From NCBI GenBank assembly GCA_973895155.1, contig OZ316892.1, positions 19,011,457-19,075,456 on the forward strand: 64,000 nucleotides of DNA. The letters run 5' to 3'. The translations under genes and the position numbers were made by a program. This DNA comes from Marsupella aquatica (taxonomy: Eukaryota; Plantae; Marchantiophyta). Under the pieces are notes generated by a model, which was not told where the DNA came from, ran no database searches, and saw nothing but the letters and a program-made list of their open reading frames with translations. This document shows positions 35,490-48,400 of this stretch, piece by piece; the first letter of the stretch is position 1, and each line of letters begins with the position of its first letter.

Positions 35490-38128
35490 TTACATTTCAA
35501 TGATATATAACTATACCAACCAAATCACTTTGTTCACTACCTATGATGTTGTAACAAAAATAAAATTATAAACTCATATTTATAGACTATTATTTAATAT
35601 AAATTTTATAAAAATAGAGTAATAATATTGAATTTTTTTTGTAAAATAGATATATTAATATTAGATTAAAATTGATACCTCAAAATATATATTAAGTTTA
35701 CCATGAGAGGCAAGGAAAGTACTCATCTACAATCCGCATCTGGTTCCTTCAAAGATAGTAGGACACGTGCATTGGGAATGTGCAGGAACAATGTCTGTCC
35801 ATCCCAGCCTTTGTTTCTAGAAATTACATATTATGCCACAAAAATGGGACAATCGAGCACGAACACATGTGCTAATTTGGATTAAGATACGTGGTAACTT
35901 GTGTTAGGGCACAAGTCCTAATTTGGATTACGTTGACACTTGAGACTTTTTCGTTTGCCTCTAAATGGAAAAGGGAGTTGAAAACGCGGTGAAACTGAGG
36001 ACCCCTGGTAGTTACAATCATGCCTTCATTCCACATCAGGAGGATAAGGTGAAACCCAATGACCTCCAGACGAGTCACCAGTACCTTTGTCAGTTTGACT
36101 GTACCCTACTCGAAATGCGGATTTTACAGCTGTCGATCGACCAAAGTGACACTATAACCAGACGGTCATCATTCTCTAACCCAATCCTGCGTATTGGCGT
36201 ATTGCGGAAGGGCTCAAGGGCTACTGTGCTACTCTAGTCTGACCGCAGGGACAGTTATCATGATCAACTGTCACAGTAAGCTCCGGTGGCCGTGCCGGGG
36301 TCATGTAAGCCAGGTGTCGGTCCCATTGTCCACGGTACTGCGAACGGTTGTTGGTCGGGGTTAAACCGGACGGCAGGAAGTAACTGGAAAGACCCAAAGA
36401 CGGCCAACACAGTTCCGTTAGTTCGCTCGAGCGAGCCCCATGGCTCATGACGGCCGGACGGTAGCTTCCCGCCCACCCATTGCGGAGCCCGTGACTACTG
36501 TAGACGGCTACCGGCACCTACAGTAAGTTGACGGGTAGGGTCGTGGGCAACCCGGCTACGTGGAATTTTCCCTGGCGGCGGAATGGCTCCCGTCAACTTC
36601 CCGACGGAGGAAGACTTAAGTGACTTAGTGAATTTTCCACTGCCATGGAAACCGAAGCATCACACCGACGTCCGAGTGGAAGATGAAGATCCAACCGCTG
36701 TGTCGATCGGCGCGGCCGTTGGTGGTAAAGTGGTCATTTTCTGGTCTCATGTGCAGCAGGCTCTGGGAGACGGGCGGGGTTCGAACTCCGGTAGCGTATG
36801 CTACTTGGGTGGGGGTGGCGTCTTGTCCAGAAGCAGAGGATTTCTGCGAGTGATCATTCCTCGTTGGACTATCTCGAGGGCCAAGACGAAAGCAAAGGAA
36901 CAGAGTAACCTAAACTGTGGAAATTGAACAGAGTCTGAAACTATGAGACACGTTAGTTAACTGAGGTTAGTATCACTGCCGTAGAGGGAGTCATGGAACT
37001 CCGTGATCAAACTACGATAAATCTAGATGGGGCGAGAGATGTAAGTACGGATATGGCGTTGTTGGGCCAGTGAGAAGGGAACAGCTGTTGCCCCAGCGCC
37101 GAGCCAGAGGAGCCGCCGACGCTGTTGGACGAACCGAGTGACGAAGCTTTGGGTTTGGGTGTGGGGACTGCTCCGGCGAGTTTCTCTCGTAGTCTCGTGG
37201 CTCTCGAGTCTCTCGACCGTTTCGGACCGAATGGCCGAAAAGTTTGCTTGCGGTGAATGGCATTGACTTGTCACATACTACCGAGTCACGTTACTGCATC
37301 CGCAGACGAAATCCAACCCAAACTCGTGCAAGGCAGGGCAAGGCAAGGAATGCAAGGCATGGATAAGTGATCACGGCATTATTTAAATAAGCAGCCGAGG
37401 AGCCAATCAACGATGCCTGCGTCGGTAGACGTTAGTACAATAATAAGTTGCCGAGTGAAGCAGAGGAATGGAATCTTGAGTTGCTTGCGGATTTCGCACA
37501 GATTGTCCCAGCAGAGAAATGTCCTGCTGTGTAGGCTGAGGATAATTACGATAGGCCTTCCCCGCGGGCTATCATGATCTAGTCTAGCAATTGCTGTGCT
37601 GTACAATTTTATTTTTATTCTTTCTCAATGTCCTCACGGACCCATCGCTCACTTCCTGGCTGCATAAGATCCCAGTGGTCCGGAGTCAGTTGCATCAGCG
37701 CAGTGTGGGAGAGCACTCCAGCGAGGAAATGCGTTCGCAGTAGCGAGCAAGCACGAGATGCGTTCGCAGTAGCAGCCAAGCAAGTAGCTTTCCAGCCGTC
37801 CCACTTGCGAGACTTCATTGCACTCGTGGTACAGTAAAGGGAGCTGCAGTTCCAGTATCTATCATCGTGAGCAGTAGTCAGGAGCGTTTGATCGGTCATG
37901 TTCGATAATTGTGATTGTGGAATTGTGGGTCCCGACTCTCGAGATTAGATCACGATAGTGGTACAGGAATTGTTGTTGTTGGTTCTTCTGTGAGAGTTTG
38001 ACGATAGAGTGTTCAGCAATCTGAGCGAGCAGAATAAGAAGGAACCTGCTTGAGGAGAGGAGAGGAGAGGAGAGAAGTGTTGTTCACCCAATTCTTCAAT
38101 CAGTGGTGGTTCATTGTGATAGCAAACA

Positions 38129-41100
38129 ATGGGGAATTCTGAGATCGAAGCGCCGTTGTTAGTCGAACAATCGCACGATATCGAGAGCGGAGCGAGTGCA
38201 ACGATTTCACGTGTAAGTGAGGACCACGGTGCCCAAGCAGCAAACGTTTCCAACAAGGGTGCGGCTTCGTCGCAGCAGAAGAGTACCGGCTGGACTACGT
38301 TCCTGGCCGTCTCGATGTGGTGCATTGTTACAATCCTGCTCGTATGTGGAGCAGCGATCTCATACGATTCGAGCCTGCAGAAGGCTTCTGCTGGAGATCC
38401 CCAGATTCAGGTTGAGAAATCCGCATGGAGGGTCGAGGTTGGTGCTGCGAACGGAGGCAGTGAGAATGATCTTTTCTACAAAGCTTCCAAAACGGCTTTC
38501 CACTTCCAGCCTGAGAAGAATTGGATGAACGGTAAGGCCACATTCCACAAATGATCGTCAAATTTTGGCAACTGGCATTATATTTTACTGTCAATTTACT
38601 CTGCGCTTCGTACTTGGTGGCTGATGGCCAATTGCAATTGGCGTTCGGTCTCCTTTGCTGTTGCACTGTCACGACGGTGTGATTTCGATACCATTAATTG
38701 CACAGATTTCTGTGGCTGATGAAGTTTCTCGTGTTTTTGGCTTGTGTCGTGTGGGGATGGCCACTTTCGCGCTCACATGTTCCTGTCAACAGATCCCAAT
38801 GGTGAGCATCGAAACCAATCTTTCTTTTTTACTTTCTTTGTCTTTGTTGGTACGTAGTGACGGTCTGCTCCATAAGTCCGTTATCCTCTCTGGTCAGAGC
38901 CGAAACAGAGTAAGGAGTTGCCCTGCTGTCAAATCACCCATTTTTTACTTCTCTTTTGTAACTCTGGTCCCACGCCTCTTTACGGCAGTACCACATTCAG
39001 CTTTTGGTCCAATGGCAGTTCGGTAAAGTGCATTCGGCACTTCGAATCTTCGATCCTCATCCTCGCTTTTTCGTTTCCCTTTGCCGAAGCCCTCCCCGAA
39101 TCTTCGAACGGTAATCTCGATGGGCTTCTGTCGTGAATCCGTCCAGAGTGTGGTACCGTACTCTTTCCACGATTCGTTAGTTCTCTCTGTTTGTCAATTT
39201 GCCAAGCGAGTTTGCTCTGGCATGCACGTAACGTTACCGACCTCCCTACTACATGGAGTCTTAAACCTACTGGCCTCCCATCGCGCGTCTCACGACATGT
39301 GTCCCCATAGAACTCGAGAAAACTTGCTGCGTCGTAGTGCAGTGTAACAACTGACGTAGTTGGTATCTGCAATTGTGCGCGAAGCATCGTACTGATCTTG
39401 ATTTCTACGACTCTGCAGCTCCTATGTACTATGGAGGCTACTACCATTTCTTCTACCAGTACAACCCCCACGCAGCCGTCTGGGGCAATATCTCCTGGGG
39501 CCATGCAGTGTCAACAGATTTGATTCACTGGAGGTACCTCGAGGTGGCGTTGTATCCGGACCAGTGGTACGATGCAGATGGTGTGTGGTCTGGTTCTGCA
39601 ACAATCGTGAAAGATGGAACTCCAGCGATCCTCTACACCGGCGGGCGAACTGAGGCAGGCGTGTCTATCCAATCCCAGGCTCTGGCCTACCCAGCCGACC
39701 CCTCGGACCCATTGCTGAGGAAATGGAGGAAGGCGGACAACAATCCGATCATGGAGCCTCCTGCGGGCTACAAGAAAGACGATTTCAGAGACCCCACGAC
39801 TGCCTGGCTGGAGGATGATGGTCTGTGGAGACTGATTATTGGAACGAAGTTGTATCAAGCTGACGGAACTAAGGATGGGATGTCGCTTCTGTACAGCAGC
39901 AGTGATTTCTCCGAGTGGGAATTGGCTCCCAACTACTTGCACAAGGTCGATGGCACAGGGATGTGGGAGTGTGTGGACTTGTTCCCAGTCGATTACAAAC
40001 CCAAAGGAGCAGTCGAGAAAATTGATCACCCCACGATGGGAGCAGAGAACTACTTGGACTCGTACAAGTACGTCTTGAAGGCTAGTTTGGACACGTATGG
40101 TCAAGATTATTACACCATTGGTAGTTACTCGACCGAGACCCACAAGTTTACTGTAGATGACTCTGCTCTGGACATTGGCAAGGGCTACCGATACGATTAC
40201 GGAAAATTCTATGCCTCGAAAAGTTTCTACGACCCCAGCACCGGCAGACGCATCGTGTGGAGCTGGGTCAGTGAGTCTGACACTCAAGATGACGATATCA
40301 TCAAAGGATGGGCTTCTGTTCAGGTATGGATACCTACTTTCTTTGAGATCCCGACCAAAGTTGCATATTTCTTTCTATCTGTTGTTTCTGACTGTCTGCT
40401 CATGGATTCAGACAAAATAGCTTGGCAATTGCCAACTTTTTAACTGCACTTTGTAAGGCGGGATGATCTGTACTGGTCATATTTATGTTGGGTGCTAACG
40501 ATGAACTGATTGAACAGGCAATTCCCAGGACGATTTGGTTGGACGACAAGACGCAGAAGAATTTGCTGACATGGCCAGTAGAGGAGGTCAATAACTTGCG
40601 TGGAGCCAAGGCTAGCTACCAAGACATTACCTTGAAGGAGGGAGATGTTCTCAAAGTCGAAGGAGGTGATGGATCTCAGGTGTGTGTGCGAGTAGATAAC
40701 ATCATTCCCTTTACAGATCGTCACATTTCTCTCATACTGAACAGTTCGTTGCCTGTTTACATAACGGATAGGATCGTCAGCGACTCTTTTTGTGACAACC
40801 GAGTGGGTGACCCCTGTTGTCGACTTGTGTTCAATATAAGGTGGATATTCGCCGTAGATCTGACAAGCTTCGTCGTTTTTGTATGTCTGTTGTGCAGTTG
40901 GATATTGAGATCTCATTCGAGAAGCCGGACGTTTATGCCGTCGGAAATGTGAATCCCGAGATCTTCGATTGCAGCCAAGGAGGGTCGGCACAGAGCGGAG
41001 TGTTTGGCCCCTTCGGAGTTCTCGTCCACACCGACGACGCACAGCTTGAGCAGACCGCAGTTTTCTTCTACATCGCTCCCCAGGAGAATGGACAGTGGTC

Positions 41101-41623
41101 CACCCTTGTGTGCAGCGACCAGAGCAGATCCTCTCTGGCCACACATATCGACAAAACTGTTTACGGAAGCTTTGTCACCGTCTTGGCAACGGAAACCGAA
41201 CTCTCTATGCGTGTTCTGGTGAGTACAGCTGATTCAAAGTCAACTACTTTTCTGGAATTGACTTGGTTTCAGCTGTAAAATCACTCTTATGACTGTTATG
41301 AGGATAGTTCTCCTTTCGGACGATCCAGACCCTAGTTTATTCAATTTAACATTTTTGTAATCTGTAGTAACTGGAGCCTGTTCTTCTGATTTGCGTCGAA
41401 TTGTCCCTCATATTTAATGGGCTGTTTTGACATGCAGGTGGATCATTCCATTGTGGAGACCTTTGTGCAAGGCGGTAGGCAGGCGGTGACATCAAGAGTC
41501 TACCCCACGCTAGCTCTCAACGAGAATTCACATCTCTTCCTCTTCAACAATGGAAGCACTCCTATCCATGTTAAGAACTTGGATGTGTACCAAATGAACG
41601 ATGTGCATATGATCACGATTTGA
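38129..41623 (+). CDS. Vacuolar-type acid invertase / beta-fructofuranosidase (GH32), join(38129..38531,38793..38801,39419..40323,40518..40679,40898..41218,41438..41623), 661 aa
   Basis: FHFQPEKNWMNDPNAP, WGHAVSTDL, WSGSAT, FRDPTT, MWECVD (Val, vacuolar type), YASKSFYD and VDHSIVE. The N-terminus has a dileucine EIEAPLL and a transmembrane segment. All introns are GT-AG and the exons join in frame. Confidence 0.95.
38793..38801 (+). other. 9-nt mini-exon ATCCCAATG encoding the DPN core of the invertase NDPN motif
   Basis: Context is ...tgtcaacag ATCCCAATG gtgagc... It supplies the residues missing between WMN (exon 1) and APMYY (exon 3). Confidence 0.95.
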
Positions 41624-42940
41624 TACCGTGTCATGCCACCGAGTATGATATGGCAAGTGCCTCCTCATAGATATCTAGTGATCGACGATTATGAGGTCTC
41701 GATGCGGTGACTGAAATTATTATCAGTTTCAGCATCCTGACCTTCCGGTTGCATTGATTGAATTGGTCAGTCAATCACACAGCGAATCGATTGGAGACTT
41801 CTCCTCAGCGGGGCAGCTCCTTTCCAGCGCCGGTCTGCTCCGGTTGACTAGAGATGGGCCTTGCTCTGTTCTAGCTGGATAGGTCCTCTTCATCGGGGCA
41901 ATGATCGATTACCCGTCTTACAGGACAGATGCCGTTCGGTTCTTCCAATGTTTGAGCTTTCAACTGTCAAGAGCATCCTTTCTCTTTCCCGAGGATGCCG
42001 GCCAGTGGAACAGGGGAAGGATTCAAGCGGTGCAGACGACTGTACGTCTAACCCTTTGTACATACGTGCGTATTTGGATAGAAACCTGGTCGATGGTCGC
42101 TCACTACAATTGTAGATAAATTGTCGGCTTGTAGTGCCTTACCAATCTACGATTCAAGATTGACAGTTCCAGTCACCAGCCATTGGTCCGTAATATTTTT
42201 TTAGGACCATTTGTGTATATTTTATTAATTAGCATCCAGGACGACAACGACGATGACTGCCTCAAGATTTACTCTGGCTACATGTGCTTCGACGGATACT
42301 GACGACAAATCCAGTCGAATTATCTGTCCTCTTAGTGGTCTCTCCTCGGTCAGCCATGATATAACTCATATAGAGCCTAAGAGGGTTGAGAGCTACAGCT
42401 GAAAGTGATAACTTTGCGAGTTACTGGCAATTAAAAATTGCTCATTTTTTTCCCCCCAGCCTGCTTGAACTACTGGCTGGGGACGGTATGCATGATGTAC
42501 ATGGGCCCAATTTTAAAGCTCACTAGTTTTGGGAGGTGTTTAGGGAGATTGTTGCTGCCATTATTCTGGCAGCTATTAGGGAGATCGGCGATGCCATTAT
42601 TCTGAAATCGAATGTCAACAAGAATCAATTGTTTCAACGTTTGAACTTTCCATGTCATGTGGCATTGCTTACTCTAGCTCTCTTGAAAGTCGTGGTGTCC
42701 ACAATTTACCTTGTCATGTGAAATTGTCTACTGTAGCTCTCTTGGGAGTGGCGTGGTGTACTCGCTGTTTGTCCTTGCAACTTATCTTGGCAGCGATCGC
42801 ACCCCCATGGGATCGATGGATGTTACTCTGATTTTCTCGATTCTCTCGAATTTAATGAACCGTATCTCGGCACTATCATCACGTAATGCAATTACATTAT
42901 TTGCATTCTGAATCTCTCCCACAAACAATGCGATTGTTTG

Positions 42941-43040
42941 ACATTTCCATTCAGCTGATCAATGATCGCATCCGTTTAATTAACGAGGCTACATTTCCAT
43001 TCAGCTGATCAATGATCGCATCCGTTTAATTAGCGAGGCT
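42941..43040. repeat. 50-bp tandem duplication
   Basis: ACATTTCCATTCAGCTGATCAATGATCGCATCCGTTTAATTA(A/G)CGAGGCT occurs twice, with one mismatch. Confidence 0.95.
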
Positions 43041-45479
43041 GCTCCACGTCTGGACTACTCGCTATTTGCCTTGAAAGATCTTTTTGAATCCATTCACAAA
43101 GACATCATAGACATCATACAAACAGGTGGCCCAAAGGGTAACACCGGGGTTTGGACAGAAGGTCAGAAGTCTGTGACTACTCGCAATTGCTCGAGCTATC
43201 TTCGTAGGTCTTTGGTGCCTCATTGAACATTTTGCCGTGATCTCGTAGTGGTGCTGTTTTCGACTTGCATTTTCTTGGTCTCATGTTCCCAATTCTTCTA
43301 GTTTGCGAAACAACAGCCAGGGATGCAAACCGCATTCATCATTTGAAGATTGCCTGTGTGCTTGTGGTGATAACTGGTGATCGAATTGGACTCCACGTTG
43401 CGGCTGTCTGGGAAGTGACTCAAAGCAGTTCTCTCTGGTAGCCCAGATACAATCAGAGCTTTCCGTTGTTCGCTGGATCAAAGAAGTGCTTACTGTCGGC
43501 AAATACTTTTGAGGTTTTTATTGCCACCATTGATGATGTCAAAATCTGGTCGTGACTCAAGACTCTGCAATCTGGCGGTGCAACTACAGTAGTGCTTGCC
43601 AGGCTATTTTTTTTTTCAACCATCTAGCAATTGTGTGGGCGCTACAAGCCATCTCCAATCCTTCAGTTACTCTCACAGACAAACAATCGGGAAGAAACTC
43701 GTTGGTCACAGTGTTACATGTAAACAGAATTAGGTCGGTGTGTTTCCTCTAAAATTGAGATTCCTTCTCGACTGGACCCTTAGGACTAGTGACAAACAGT
43801 TCATATAAATTGCGACACTGCTTACGATCTGTCGCTTACTTCAAGCAGCCAAAGACTCCTTCCTAACCTAACTGTGACCTCAATCCAAAATGTCAATTTT
43901 GAGTCCATATTGCCCCGGAGACGTCAAAGTGATTATTAGACTTGGCAAAGCAGCAGCTCCCTCTAGAGTTTTAACTCGGATTCCGGACTTGGATTTTAAT
44001 GAGGTTGTTGACTGGTAGGTGAATAACTGGAACGGGCCTTTCGACGAACTTTTTGGTGCAGGGCAAGTTTTCCCAGTCGATCCTGCTGGGATTGAAGAGG
44101 TCGAAGAGTACATTGACTGAATTAAACAAATACACTTGCACACTTACTTCACTGGAGATTACGGGAAGATGCTGGTCTACTACTTTCTTCTAGTAAAGCC
44201 GAAGCTGGCCAAACTGGTCTAAGTGCAGAAGTAATTTCTGTTTGTCACAACCTATTGTGGGTTAATGGTAGTGGCGTTGTGAACATTCACGTTAAATTCC
44301 CTACTTTCAACTCAACTGCTGGATGATGGATGATGGAATTCATCGACTGGAGAGCCGGTGTGTAATCCTAATGTTCTACTTACGCTGCTTAGGTTCAATA
44401 CGTCTTGATGGTGGTAATGACCTCGTAAGGGAGGTCACGTCAAGAACCAACGAATTGGCTATTGCAAGAACTATTTACAATCGGATGCCCAGTCGCCTGT
44501 CTGCAAACTTGATTGCAAACCAAGACACTGGGACAACTGCTATCCAGTCATTTTGGGATCTGACCTTACGTTTGACTTTACTTTGTAAATTGAAATTGCT
44601 TGGTTGTGAAACACGTAGCAGGGAACGTTCCATCGTGATAAATGGTTCAATTATGTACCTACGCTTCTTGAACTATGAAGACCAGCTCTTCAATCGAAAT
44701 CTACTCGAGCTTCACCAGTCTCATTGTTTCGTGTTTTCTCTAGAAGTCATGGAGCTTTCTGGACTTACAATGACCTACTTTGTCACCTTGATTGATAAGC
44801 TAGTATGGCCTGGCAATGAATCTCTAGTCAGCTCTTAAACGGGCAGAAATGTTGAGTTCAGTGGCAGAAGGCAATGGAGCTCTTATTCAGAGAAAAACGG
44901 CTAATCAGCATTACTCTGAACAATAGTTCTACAAGTTCAAGCGTGTTAGCAATACGTGTGCAAAAGAAGTCAGGAACCTCTAGTTTCCTGATCTCCAACA
45001 TTTACTCCAACATTTCCTGATCATGATCATATTCACTTGATCTCCAACACAACCTGATCTCCAACATTTCCCGATCATGACCATATTCACATGATGACCA
45101 ACATTGTCCAGTTCAAAAGCTGATTTCTCGGCCTTGTCATATTCGTCACCGTCTCTTTTACAAGAATCTCCATGCAACACCAGCTCACTTGTCATGGGGG
45201 AGACCTCAAATTTCTTACGACAATAGATTACTCTGTCTTGCTAAATAATTACTCTTTTAAGAATTGGCATTGCAGAATTGCAATTCAAAGGCCGAATCAA
45301 GCTCTACTTTGCATCCTATTTCCTTTTTTTGGCCTTGAAAGATCCTTTGAATTCCATTCAAAAAGACATCATAGAAACAGGTGGCCCAACGAGCAACAGG
45401 GGGGAGTACCACGAGAGATACAAAGCCTTCCAGGAGAAAGACAGCTAAACAAGCAATTTAACTACCGTTGTAGGAGCAG

Positions 45480-48400
45480 CACACTCCATGAGATTGGCCA
45501 GTGCTAAGGTTTCGGCAAGGTTCCATTCACCGGGTCCATGATAGACTTACTTTACATCGGTTTTTAAATTGCAGTGAGACATCTAATCATGTGAACCAAT
45601 GTGAAATCATGGTGGGCAGGTTGGGACCTGTGGAACTTAAAGCCTGTCCAAGTGGACAGTCCAAAGACCAGCATGTGCCCCATAGTCAAAACACATGTAG
45701 TTGTAGGCCTGGGAGGTGGTGGACTTCCCTGCCTGGATCTTTGCATGATGTCTGGCCCAAACCTTCCAAAGGTTGTCACCCAACTTATGCCAAGATTTTT
45801 GTATGATTGCATGTGGATTGGACTGTGTGTGTGTTCAATGTCAAAGTGAGAGCTACAGTCCTTCCAGATGTTCCAACATACAATGGCCTGCAGAGTATGC
45901 CACTGACAACTTGCCTGGTACATCCCACTCCTCCATGAGACCGCCACAAAGATAAGGATTGGTTGCAAGCTGAGACTTGTGTTACCAGTGGGTGAAGCCA
46001 GGCTGAGGATGAACTAGTTCCATGTCAACTGGGATGCTGGGCAACCATAATTATGCAGTGGATGATGTTCTCCTGCTATTGTAGATTGCACTGGGTGCAC
46101 CATGTGGACTCATCACACATGGGTAGTTGTGCTGCTGGAATTCTGTAGATTAGTTGCCATAGGTAGCAATTCTCAACCACTGCCCGAATTGAGAGCCAAT
46201 TCTATTACTTCACAGGACCCTCGGGTTAGGATACCAGTTGAGGATCCTAGCCCACTTATCAATGACATTATGCACCCTTGTCCTGACTTGCACCTGAAGT
46301 CCCCAAAGGTGTGTTGTGCTAGTTTCAAGAAATGGTGTACCGGGTGGTGATCCAGTTGTATTGCAAGAAGATAGCAAAATCTTTTGTGGGGTTGCAAATA
46401 CATTGTCTACTTCTAGCTTTTCAGGCAATTGTCCTGATCAACATTCGAGTTAGCAATTTGTCAGCTGGGGGTGCAAAGTGAGCCGCATGGTACAAGAATC
46501 CATTTAGAACAATGAAGGTGTTCATAGTCTTCAAAGAGTCATGGAATTGTTGCCAATTCGAGGTGACATGCTTGCGTTGAACTTTGAACTCCCAAATCAG
46601 GTGCACCTGGTTAGGGAGAAGAGCCTCCATGGACAAAGGCTCGAATTGATCTCTATGTGAGTCAAGCTCTGGTATAGTTATGAGGTTGTAGATCGTCCTC
46701 TTCTATGCAATAGCACAGTTTCTTGGGAGATATTGGCTTGGGCCCTCTTCCCAAGACAAGAACTCACCCTCAACATTGAGAACATCCTCCATAACCACAA
46801 ACCTGCTTGACGGATTCTGCATTGGGGATGCAACAGGCATTTGGCTTGGTTGTTGATTATGTGATTAATGTGTGGTCTCCACTACAACAAATTCCATCAT
46901 CCCTCGTAGTGGCCTATGTAAGAAACCATCAGCTCTGGACTGGACAACAATGCGGAACATGAGAGATACATTCAATCAGACGGTACATCGACGAGACACC
47001 CCGAGTGGAGAAACTCTTGAAGGATCCATAGCATATGAGAGTATATGTGAAGAATGAGGGAGAGAATGCTCTCCCTCCAACCTATACCCCGCAAGGGGGA
47101 CCAAGATGTGTGAGCCTAAATAAGTGGATCTTATCCTAAACTAACCAAGGGCCAACTAACCCTAGTAAGGCCAAACTAACTACAATAGAAGTCGGGAAGT
47201 GAGAGTCAATTCCTAACAGCCTGGGGCATAGCTGTCTCTTGACGACATTCCATCCAATGCAAGTGTTGGTCCACACTTTTGATCTACTGGATGAAATCAT
47301 ATAGCAAGACGTGAACACCCAGGTGAAGTCCTCTACGCCTCATTTCTTCCTTGAAAGTTGTTGAAGTTAAAGGTGAAGAATTTACCTGAGCGGGTGATCA
47401 TCCACTGCCATTGCCCACACGATAAACCGCCTTGCCAGTGCCCTAAATTGTGTTGGAATTGAGATAAGGCCATGACCACCATGGCTCTTGAGTCTTGTGA
47501 TTGCGGCCAGGTCTACCCTGGATCTAGCCGTCTCAGAAAGCAGAGATGAAGGTAGTGATTTTCTTCTGCAAGGCATCTAGTGTCTTTGGGTGGCCAACCC
47601 AAGCAAGGAAATACCAAATTGTGCTCATGATCAGGTGATTGGCAACTGTGACCAAGGCAATGAGAGACCCTCACCTCTTCCTAATTTGATCCATCCGAGA
47701 CACCATTTTCACCAATTGTTCTTCCAAAATGTGTTGGGCCATGGGAATACTGAGTAGTTTGGAGGCATTTGTATCATCTTCCCAAGTCCAGGGCAAAGAT
47801 TGGAATTTGGTGGGGATTGCGCCTACAGGGATGAAGGTTGCTTTGGTTTGCTCCCAAATACAATGGAGCCTATATGCCATTCCGGAAAGGTCCAATTGGT
47901 CATGGCTATATACTGCACAAACTTAACATTAGCTTGGATCAGCAGCGCAATGTCATTTTTGTAGAAGTTATGCACATTGTGTACCCCAGTGGATGGAAAG
48001 TTAACCCCTACAAGCTCTCCTTATTCCACAACACACAGAAAAGCTTATTGAAGGGAGTGAGAGGGCACCTCTATCTCACAGATCGCTAGCTCCAAAGAGA
48101 ATTGGCCATCTGCCTGTTGAGTTCAACCGCAAATGTGGCAGAACAAAAACTAGCCCGCAAGAATTGTATAAGGAGCCCATCAAAACCTGCTTTCTCCATG
48201 AGCAAGAGAAGAAAGTGTCATTCAAGCTCATCAAAGGCCTGGGCAGTATCAAGTTCTATGAGAATGTATCGTAGGCCCAATGTTTCCGCCTGATGGAGGA
48301 GCTCACTATGAAGCAAAAGAGAGTGATGGATGTTGTCGCCGAGTAGAAAGGCAAACTGTTGTGGCAAAATGAAACACTGAAGGATAGGAATGAGTTGTAG

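Noticed and set aside
39511-41144. Long antisense ORFs (258 aa and 234 aa)
   Set aside because: They are shadow frames of the GC-rich invertase exons.
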